DNA of 20,000 nucleotides. It comes from Rotaria socialis. Taxonomy: Eukaryota. Shown in pieces: positions 10,329 through 20,000 of this stretch (position 1 is its first letter; each line of letters opens with the position of its first letter). Location of the stretch: contig CAJNYD010000185.1 of assembly GCA_905331295.1 (NCBI GenBank), forward strand, positions 111,440 to 131,439. Reading direction: 5' to 3'. Under the pieces are notes generated by a model. It saw only the letters and a list, made by a program, of their open reading frames with translations. It did no database searches and was not told the DNA's origin. The position numbers were made by a program, and so were the translations under genes.

Positions 10329-11200
10329 TTTCAACTATGAAGGACTTATCTATTATGCACAAGAGACATTCACGTCATGTAATAAAAAAAAACTCTATTG
10401 TCTATGGTTGGGTTAAGTTCACCTTTATAAGAAAATCTTTCTTGTTAATTACTTAAAGTTCTTCTAAATGTAACAGACCATGTGCAGTGAGAAAATGCAG
10501 TGAGCAGATAGTTCCATGATGATGAGCCAACTGGTTTCGATTTTTGATCAGATCTCGAAGATGCAAACTCATGTCATGATGCATCTGCTTGTAGTTTTCT
10601 GCAGCATATGAAAATTGAAATTCTTTTTCGAGTGACAATTGACGAGTTGAAGATAGAAAACAACGATTCTATACAGAAAAAATAGATGTAGCTACTATGT
10701 CTACTGTACTAAGAGTATACTGAGAGGAACTTTGATTTTAAAATTAAAATTGATTATTAGGTAGATATCAGTTGTCATTTCATCAAGTGCTTATTCCTTA
10801 CTTCCTTGAGTATATACCTTTCATAATATTTTATTAATCTTCACATATAATTAATAATGACAAGGTAGAAACAAATTCTAATATATATCATTAGTAATAA
10901 AAGTCTTATTAAATTGAATACTATTCGATTTTGTTTTGTTTTCTGAATTATATTCTCCTGATATATAATTAAAAAGAAATAAGCAACCGATATATTGTTT
11001 TTAAAACCAAACAAACTGTACATACAAGCTCACTTGAGAATCAAGTTGCATTTTACAAAAAAAAACAAAAAAAGAGACGGCCAACATGTATACAAAAAGA
11101 AGTGAGAAATGGCGTTTATTCATAACATGTATAATGAGAAATCAACGAAAGACTTATGGCTATAAAAACGAAGGAAATTTCTAGATTGGAATGAAAATGA

Positions 11201-11803
11201 TCATAATCGTGTTATGATTATGTCAGGCTCCTCGATTGTAGTATTGTTCTGAGTCGACACCGACGGCCGTTGATATTGAATGAGCATTGAAGATTTCTGA
11301 GGATGATCCTTTGTACCATTGGGAGCAGCAATTGAATTAGATTGATGACGATCTGAATTATCTAATTTAAAACAAAAAAAATGTTTTTTTCCAGAAAATA
11401 TTTAAAGAAAAAGATTACCAGTTTTTCTCAATAATGTGGGTGTCAAAAAAGCTTTGATAGCTCCCTTTGAAGTATCCGTATTATTAGTTAAATTTAACAA
11501 TCGTGCTTTCATGCGATGTCTACGTCCATGCGAACCTGCTGTTAAAATAGGAACAGGAATGTTTTTATTGTCGTGCGCATTTGATTGGATATAACCTAGT
11601 GCAGCATAGGATTTATATAGATGAAGACTCGTATCGAAAAACCGAGAATCATTAGTAAATATCGATTGAAAATGATCACGATTTTCATACCGAAGATTTG
11701 ACGAATTATTAGCAAGGTCATTTTGTGTTAATGTTGCATCGGATACTATTGATGATGATGATGATGATGATCTAACAGCACTCGTCGTATGTACTGAAGA
11801 CAT
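11201..11803 (-). CDS. Hypothetical Ser/Thr/Asn-rich protein, 181 aa, 2 exons, C-terminal -ITRL
   Basis: Exon 11803-11419, GT-AG intron 11418-11362 (57 nt, phase 1), exon 11361-11201 (DNSDRHQSNSIAAPNGTKDHPQKSSMLIQYQRPSVSTQNNTTIEEPDIIITRL*). Minus-strand AATAAA at 11115-11120. Confidence 0.72.
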
Positions 11804-13335
11804 TATTTTTAGATGTTAAATATTTAATAATATAACTTGTTCTCTTGAATAATAAATAATCATTGTGTTATGCTTGATAAATCAGTTTAATTTTCCTTAA
11901 TGAAAAATTGTGGAAGTCCGTCTTTTATTTAAATTAAAAAGACGATATTTGTTTTTGCACCTATTAACGGACAGGTGTTCTAGATGACGCTAATTGACAA
12001 TTCAATTGTTCAAAATTGAAAACTAAAATTGATGAAACGTTCAAATTATTGGAAAAATAAATTTTAAATGCTCTCAATCAACATAAAGAACTTTGTCAAC
12101 GATGGCATCAGATGTTGTAAAACAACTATTTTTACTATTCTTTAAAAAAATGTGCTTTTACTTTAACTGACCTTTACATACTTACATTTGTCCGTGAACT
12201 TACATTTAAACTTAAAATTACAAAAGAACTACTCAGATAGTGAGTATGGTTTTGGGTATTTTGTGTTGCTATAGCTTCCCCCCGAACAGCTAATCTCTGA
12301 AACAATTTTATTTTCACAATCAATAACTGTAAAAATTGACTTCGGTCTAAACTCTGATGTATTTCGATACGCAAAAAATATTATAATTACGAAATTTTCT
12401 CGCTTTTCTCGCTATTAATAACTTGATATCAAAGAAAAAGTGTTGACACAAGCTGTTTGTTCAATTTCTAGCCACTTATCGACCACTGGAGAAAATTAGA
12501 TGTCGTCATTTTCACCGACAAATTGACGTTTTGTTTAGATTTATTTTTTTAGTGGAGTTACTTCAATTTAAATCATAAGAACATTTTTGTTTATATAACA
12601 TCGTGTGTTGACTCGAACTTGAATGGATTTTAAAAGCTAAAACATGGAAACTTGAAGATACACGATCTATCGACGAGTGAAGAATATATTGTAGAAACAT
12701 AGTTTTTATACATAAATTAGTTTCACATTAATACATATGACATATCTTAAAATAATTTGTAGCTTATTTCATCGTGATTAAATGTCAAATAAAATCCTAT
12801 TTTTCGATCCTTATTTGAATGCAACACATTAGAAAAAAAAGCCACTTACTAGACAGTCAAGTTGTTTTGTTGGTTATACAATATCATTATGCAATTGGTA
12901 CTGGGGATGTACGTGACACAATTGATGTTCTTTTTTCTCCGTCTTCTTCTTTAGATTGATTGCTGTTTAATTTTTTCTTATTTTGATTTCACATGATACG
13001 TGCGTAGACAAATGGAAGTACAAATTGAACTTTTCTAAGACTTCTCCGATGATGTCATTGTGTCTAGTAAAGAATATAATCACATAATTATCTTGTATCG
13101 ATACAGTTGTTTTCCTGCTAGAATAATCAAAGCTAATCGTGTTATTTTATATAAATCAAGACTATGCTATTTTTATAATAATCAAATCGATTATAAAATA
13201 ATCGTTTGAATTTACTTCTCTGTCGTGATAATAGGTACTCAATGGTCAATATTTGTTATTTCTATATGACTTCATGATATTTTTTTTTTGTCGAAGACCT
13301 AAATATTGTTCATGTTATGAACATACTTGTGACAA

Positions 13336-13352
13336 TATATATATATATATAT
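13336..13352. repeat. (AT)n microsatellite
   Basis: About 8 AT units. Confidence 0.8.
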
Positions 13353-14718
13353 AATATCCTAGCAATAGCACACAAACTGATTGAACATGTCCTCTTTCTT
13401 TTCTTTCTCATGTCACAAAATATAATTATACAAAAAAAAAAGAACATATATATCATCATCATCATCACAAAATTTATCCTAATTTACTTTGGTGAAATAG
13501 GTGAGTACATATACTTGATTGCGTTAGATTTGAAGGTACAATCTCATATACTTGAATGATCTTATTCTCTTCTATATGTATGTATGTCTATTCATCAATC
13601 GATAATTATTTTTAAAAAGTGCACAGCTTGTCATTTCTGCTAAGATGATCACACATAATGATGCATTCGACTACCTATTTTGATCAATATCGCAACTAAT
13701 TCTCCCTCACTTTCACGGATTCACACTTATGAATTTGATAAAAACATAAATCACTATGCATGTATCAAGGATTGTTCTATATTGATAATGACAGACAAGT
13801 ATGTATTGAAATTTCGTCGAAAAACTAAAGAACGATATTTTGTTTTTATACAATTACTCATTATACAAATAATCGCCAATAGACATAAATGTATTCATTT
13901 ACTGCATTAATCAAAAATAAAAATAAAAATCTTTCTGTCCTGTCAACGAGCTTTTAGTAGTGAGACAAATGAAACATAAAGATGGTAGACGATGGTCAAT
14001 AAAAGTGATAGAAACCAGATGAAATTAACGTAAGACGATTAGAAAAATACAATGGCAATCTTGTTTATTTTGTGTACAATCGCCTATAAAGTAAGAATTG
14101 AGATTTATTGAAAGGCCATCGATGAAGAAAGAAAACTTCTTTCTCTTTTCTTTTTCAAGGATCTTGCATAAAGTTATTCACTTAATGGTTATGCATTTTA
14201 CTCTGTTCATTTGAATTGCATTTAGATGATGCAATCATCATTCACTTGACAAATCGACAGCAGGGAATAAGTCACTCTACATCCTGGGGTTGAATTTGTT
14301 ATTTCGTTTTCTTTTCTCGTAATATCATAGCTATCTATTAGTGTCTTTTCTTTTGTTCTCTCGTCTCAAACCGATACGAGGAATATCAAGATTCATCTAC
14401 GTATATGAATAACAATTGAAATAGGATACTTGACTGAAAATATAAAATGACTTACCTTGACCCTGACATTTGTTTTTGATTATTAGAAACCGAAACTATC
14501 ATTCTATTCAAAGAATACACAAAGAAAAACGACCCATATTGTTCATTTGTCAGACGTCGCGACATGCGTGAGTATAATTATTGTATATTTATCACAATAT
14601 AGCTACGAAATTCGAGAGAGAGACATTTTACGTCTAATTGCAATGTCACTATTTTATGCCAGTATAATTATAAAATAAGTGTCTAGTCGAGTTTTTTTTC
14701 TTCAAATTTTTATTTTAG

Positions 14719-16877
14719 ATGATTAAAGTTCGTACAAGACTGAAAATGATATTGTACTTTTTTATCCTATGGAATTCGATTCATGTCGATGCTGGTACTC
14801 AACGTAAGAAAAAAGCCACGTCTTTGAATTAATAGTTCTTTTTGTTTAAACCAAATTTTAATTTCAAGTATGTAATGGTCCATTGGGCATGATTAGTGGT
14901 GAAATACGTGATTGGCAAATAACAGCGTCGTCAACATTTTGGGATCCAGATTGTCATGAAAAAAATGCACGATTATATCAAACCGCAGATCGTGCATGGT
15001 GTGCACGACATAAATCCGATTCAGAATGGTTACAAATTGATTTAGGTATTGCTGCTAAAGTGAGTAGAAAATAAATTCATTAGGAAAAAAATGAACAATT
15101 TTTTGTTGTTGTTGTAATCATAGATATCAGGTGTATTAACTCAAGGTCGAGCGAATAAAAATGAACATGTTACATCATTTATGATATCATACAGTACAGA
15201 TGCATATCGGTGGCAGTATCTTGTCGATCAATATGGAAATCAAAAGGTATGATCTTCATAGACAAAACAACGATAAGATTAGATAGAAGTTTTTTTTATC
15301 TGTTCGCCTTTTGTATTTAGATGTTTTCGGCTAATATCGATTCGTATTCTATTCATAATAATTATTTCGATGAACCTATAGTTGCGCGTTTTATTAAATT
15401 TCATCCAATTAAATGGCATCTACATCCATCATTACGAGTAGAAATTATCGGCTGTCAAGGTATGAATTGAGTTTTTCTTTTGAATTTTACAAAAAGAAAC
15501 AATCTGTATTCCGTAGAATGCAAACAATATTTGGGTTTACCACCCTATGGAAGAATAAGTGCATCAACAACATGGCCATCTCGTCAACGTGCTACATGCC
15601 AACCTGAAGATGGTTATATTATGAGCAATAAAGGATGGTGTTCAAAGAGAAGATATAGTTAGTTTAATTTGACTGCTCGATGGCTTTAAATGAAGATGTT
15701 TGCTTTCGTTTTTAGAATATGATCAATGGCTTGAGTTTGATTTGGGACATCCATCTACTGTTACATCGTTGATAACGAAAGGCCGAGGTGATACTAGCCA
15801 AGATCAATGGGTTACAAAATATAAAGCTTCATTTTCAAATGATACTCGTCTATGGCTTTACTACAAAGAGAAATCACAGATTGAACCAAGGGTTAGGATT
15901 TATCGTGAAGATCCTAAAAGATAAAATTATCAATATTTTTTTTTTCGGTCATATATGCAGGTATTTGCTGGAAATAATGATCGTGATAGCGAACGTATTC
16001 ATTTTTTAAATGAACCTTTCTTTGCTCGATATGTTCGTTTGCATCCGATTGAATGGCATAATCATGTTAGTATGCGCGCAGCTATTCTTGGATGTCCACA
16101 TAAAGGTAAGTTTTATTAGGTTTTTTTTTCTGTTCTCAATTGTATCAAATTAATTTTTGTTTCTTATGTTTAGCTGCTTGTTTTCCAGGTTATTTTCGCG
16201 TGAATAGTGAAGCTCAATGCAGTATGTAGAATTGAAATGAAAATTTCTTTATTTAAATTTTTGTTGTAGTTGAAAACATGGCACATAAGAAACAAACATG
16301 GACAAACGATCGAAATCGTCACCATCAAAAGAATGGTGTTGGCGGATTTAAATTTCGTAGTATCAGAGAAACCAATGGTGATCCATCATTAGCCGTTGAT
16401 GGTTTTGAAGAGCCATTAGAATGGTCAAAATGTGCTACGATTGATAATTATTTTGTTAAAAAACCTGTTTGGATGGTTGATTTAGGTCGACGAACAAATA
16501 TTGCTGGTGTCATGTTAAAAACATGGCATGAAAATAAAGGTAACAGGGAAAAACGAATCATTGAATTCTACCGAATTTTGTTTCGCTATTTAGAATCGAA
16601 TGTATCATCATCAATGTATCGAGATTATCTAGCAAATTTAGATCGATACAGTGTTTACGTTGATCAATATCCACGCCGATATCGTTTTAAAAATACTAAT
16701 TTATGTTCGTATATAACACGCACTGATCAAGCATTAATATCATCATCACGTTTACATTTTCAATGTCAACGTCCATTACATGGACGTTTTGTTTATATTG
16801 AAGCAGACGGTGCTAGTAATCATTGGAATAAACTATTTACTGCTGTACTTTGTGAAGTATTTGTATATGAGCAGTAG
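14719..16877 (+). CDS. Secreted discoidin-family protein: signal peptide + 2x F5/8 type C (FA58C) domains + F-type lectin/fucolectin-like domain, ~533 aa, 10 coding exons
   Basis: Exons 14719-14803, 14869-15059, 15124-15246, 15321-15459, 15517-15657, 15716-15891, 15961-16105, 16174-16221, 16270-16539, 16594-16877. All GT-AG; phases join into a 1602-nt ORF. FA58C-1: CNGPLGMISGEIRDWQITASS...ARL...AWC...EWLQIDLG...ISGVLTQGR...VTSFMISYSTD...W...PIVARFIKFHP..W...SLRVEIIGC. FA58C-2: QWLEFDLG...TKGRG...WVTKYKASFSND...VFAGNND...ARYVRLHP.EW...SMRAAILGC. Third domain: NMAHKKQTW...SLAVDG...C...PVWMVDLG...C...FQC...GRFVYI...LCEVFVY. Confidence 0.93.
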
Positions 16878-17414
16878 ATTGAAAATTTATTCGTCGTCTT
16901 CGTTGTCAGATTTTTCTTTGTGTTTGTCCTCAATTAGAATTTTATGTTGTGTTAAAATTATATCATATAGATATAAGCGACAAGAATCAGTGTTTTGTTT
17001 TTTTGTTTTCATTGATTGATAATATTGAAATCTTGCAATTTCGTTTTGATCCTCTTCTTTTCATTCATTAAGTAGAATTAATTGACGATGACGGTAGGAT
17101 AAGCTGAGCATCTCTTTTTCGTGTCTCATAGGACGCTTTTCATGTGTTAATATTAGGAAATGAAAAGTAGTTGTAAGTAAAATTGACAGCATTCTCTTCC
17201 GTAGTTCTTATTTTATAATTTTTTTACATTATCAAGTAGTGATTATTGAAATCGATGAAATGAGACTTTGAATCATTACTACACAATATATAGCTGTATT
17301 TTTTTTACAGATGAAACGAATACTCGTGAAACTAGCAGTTCATCGATGGAATAAAGTGTTCCAAGTTGTTCAATATCTTACAAAAGAACTTGCAGGTTTC
17401 AACGGCCATATCTC

Positions 17415-17560
17415 TACATTCTAAATAAAATCCATTTTCTGGGAAACGAATAGGAGGTTGCCGGATTTGTCACTATATGAAACCCTCACAAGAAATCAAG
17501 CAGGCTGGCGATCCCAAAAATCTATTGAAAGTTTCCGAAATATCGGAAACCTTTCAAACA
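17415..17560 (+). mobile_element. Truncated left-end fragment of a MITE-like element related to 19264-19712
   Basis: TACATTCTAAATAAAA (17415-17430) is a 15/16 inverted match to 19697-19712. The internal GAAATCAAGCAGG...CGATCCCAAAAATC...GTTTCCGAAA resembles 19356-19425 in direct orientation. Confidence 0.45.
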
Positions 17561-17601
17561 TTTTCCACTGCTACACATCAGCAACCGATTCACATGGGCA
17601 T

Positions 17602-17787
17602 TGTTACAATCTTCTTCTTATTATTACATTTTCACAAGCAAAGAATTCCCCTTCTTTAAACATTAACACTCACTTAAATAGAATAGATACGAGAAGAAGA
17701 ATGAAATGATTGTAAACATGATAGAATGAAACCGAGAGAAGAAGAGAGAACATACTTATGGCAGGACAGATATCTCCTGACATAACA
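17602..17787 (-). mobile_element. Possible solo LTR (186 bp)
   Basis: Bounded by TGTTA...TAACA inverted termini. On the minus strand: CT-rich interior, TATTTAAG TATA-like box, AATAATAA near the 3' end. Flanks GGCAT/GTCTT match only 3/5 as a TSD. Confidence 0.33.
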
Positions 17788-19263
17788 GTCTTCCAATTAA
17801 AACTTCCGATGCCTATTCGAACCCTATAGTGCCACACTCTCGCTATCTATAAAAGTCAGGGTGCTTGCTAACGTCAGCCCTCAAGTCTTAAACTCCCCGA
17901 AGTCAGTGTTGAAATCAGCCTAAATCTGAAATTTGAAATCATTCAATATTTAAATCTCAGAAAGTCATTAGCTCTGTAAGTTCCTCTAAGCCAAACTTCT
18001 GCGATCAGTCGAGATCTGCGAATATAATACTTCGCCAGAATTCATTGCATAAATCAAAATGGAAAAAATGAACATGAAAATCTCTACATGGCATATTTAG
18101 AAATGTTTCTCTTTCAATATAATAATAAGATAAAAATTGACCATTAATGTGTAAGTTTGAGCTGCCCTCTGAAATCATAAAATAAATTTAATCGCAATGT
18201 ATGAATACTGAAAATTTTGAAGAAACATGTGTTTCAATAGATGATTCTAATTAAAAACTAATTTTTTAACAGTAAGGATTGAAGATAAAGGAATAAAATG
18301 GTAAAAAATGGTGATCATGTGATCATAGAATAACTTCGGTAGATATTTTAAACAGCTTACTTTTAAAATCATTAACTATATCGTCATTCGAATTAAACTT
18401 ATGTAGTCAAACTGAAACATCATCTACATTCCACATAAGTGGATCAAAGTATTCATCTATAATAATAAAAAGTAGAATCTTTAGTAGTTTTCATGTACTG
18501 AGTACACGCATCTTAGTTTGGATAACAATATCAGAGTGCTTGAAGAACTATCTTTATTTCTTTTTGTCACAAATCGAATTCAAAAAAGATTTGTGTTTTG
18601 GTACATTTAATAGACATGAGTCTTCTTTGGTAAATAAAAATGTATCAAGAGAAAATAAGAGATAGTTATAAATTATTGGAATTTCATTGATTAATTTGCA
18701 GGTGAAAGAAAAGTATTTTTGACTTGTTTACGAAAGCATAGAGACATTTTGGAGAGGTTGAATAAATTATTCTGTTAAATAAGAATATACATGAAAAGGA
18801 TTAAAACAAAATGCGTCAATTTTTTTCATAATAGATGTTAATTTACTCTTTCAAGGAGCTCAATGTGAATTATCTGAGCTAATAAGACTAATTACTTCAA
18901 ACTACATGACAGCTACTACTAGTTAAAAGTATCTTTAAGCATAAGAAGTTCCCGTGCTTCACTGCAATGTTTTCAAAGATAGTAATGTTTGAACAATGAA
19001 CAAAACTTAATTCAATAAAAAGAAAGGAGAAAAGCGAAATTTCTTGAATGGAATGATGTTTTAGTGAAGTGTACCAAGTTTCAAAGTAAAATTCATCATT
19101 TTATATATTTACAACTGTATACAACTAGGAATGAAAAAATAAGACAAAATTCTCTTGCAAAAGACGATTTCTGTTATAGCTACCGAGTAACTCCTAAAAA
19201 TGCAAAGTATACAATAACAATGTGAAAATGAAAAGATGAAATTTTAATACTAGTTCGGTTTCC

Positions 19264-19712
19264 CACTATGTTTAATGGGTTTCAGAGAAATTTTCTCGGA
19301 AACTCATAGGTTTCTAATAATTTGGAAATCTGAAAGGGTTTCCGAGATTTGTTCCGAAACCAAGCTGGTATTCTGGCATACGCTTTCGACGTTTCCGATC
19401 CCCAGAAATCCAAAAGGTTCCCGAAAAAAAAGTTGTCGAAAATCGATAGGCTTCTGACGGCACGCTTTACGTTTCTGCGAAAGGTTTTCAAAACAAGAAC
19501 GGTTCCCGAGGATAATTTTTGGGCTTCAAAAATTGTATGATGGTTTCTGAGAGAACTGTTAAAGGTTTTCTATCCGAATTCTCGAAAACCTATAAGGCGA
19601 TTTCAAAAACTCAGCTTAGAGCCGAAAATCTTTCCGGATACGTTTGTGAGTTTCCGAAAGGGTTTCCGAAGGAATTTTGGTTTCTGGGGAAACACTTTTT
19701 ATTTAGAGTGTA
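19264..19712. mobile_element. Non-autonomous DNA transposon (MITE-like; CACT...AGTG ends, many TTTCCGA/TCGGAAA subrepeats)
   Basis: About 450 bp, GC-elevated, non-coding. Degenerate long inverted termini (CACT...GTTTCAGAGAAATTTTCTCGGAAAC vs GTTTCCGAAGGAATTTTGGTTTCTGGGGAAACAC...AGTGTA). Repeated GGTTTC(C/T)GA motif throughout. Confidence 0.6.
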
Positions 19713-20000
19713 TTATCATTCGTGGCAGCTCTGATTCCTTTGGGGCACATCTTTGATTCTATAGGTCTCATATGAGGTCCTTTGTGCCATTGATATCATA
19801 TAGTTACTGTGATACACAGAGAGAGATGCAGCCAGGTTAATTTAAATTTACAGACCATTCCCTTTATCTAAGGTAAATCGAATCGACTCTCGATGAACGT
19901 TACCTGTTTACATGTGGGCTGTTCAAAATATAAACGAATCGTATTAGAGTTCTTTCATTAAGTCATCACTTTACCTCATTTTATACAAATTCTTCTTCAT

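Noticed and set aside
12174..13910. Short ORFs of 66-80 aa
   Set aside because: Low-complexity AT-rich frames without motifs.
17458..17709. NQAGWRSQKS resembling the non-LTR reverse transcriptase QAGFR motif
   Set aside because: No other RT motifs; the DNA is better explained as a copy of the non-coding MITE-like repeat.
18005..18058. Minus-strand FWRSIIFAD resembling the Tc1 transposase W..V.FSDE motif
   Set aside because: Followed almost immediately by a stop, with no further DDE motifs.
19275..19734. Four overlapping 60-71 aa ORFs, and a possible CRISPR-like repeat pattern
   Set aside because: The ORFs arise from the GC-richer MITE. The subrepeats are short, degenerate and irregularly spaced, in a eukaryotic context with no cas genes.

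Overview
AT-rich eukaryotic (animal) genomic DNA with very short GT-AG introns (~50-70 nt). This style suggests a bdelloid rotifer, but that is an inference. Well-supported content: (1) a complete 8-coding-exon synaptotagmin-1 gene on the minus strand (2964-5629, 430 aa), with a sense-oriented tRNA-Thr(CGT) gene at the 3' end of its one long intron; (2) a 10-exon secreted protein on the plus strand (14719-16877, ~533 aa) with two F5/8-type-C (discoidin) domains and a degenerate F-type-lectin-like domain; (3) two small convergent orphan genes at ~10.0-11.8 kb. The most unusual item is missed by the ORF track. At 1-577 (minus) there is an intron-containing gene encoding signal peptide + bacterial-type YbaY/YscW-like domain + the start of a potato-inhibitor-I-like domain (WPEIV). 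It is broken by two nonsense codons and a frameshift, so it is a candidate horizontally acquired, domain-fused and now decaying gene. The right end holds non-autonomous transposon debris (CACT...AGTG MITE-like copies, a possible solo LTR). All family assignments come from motif recognition by eye; no searches were run.
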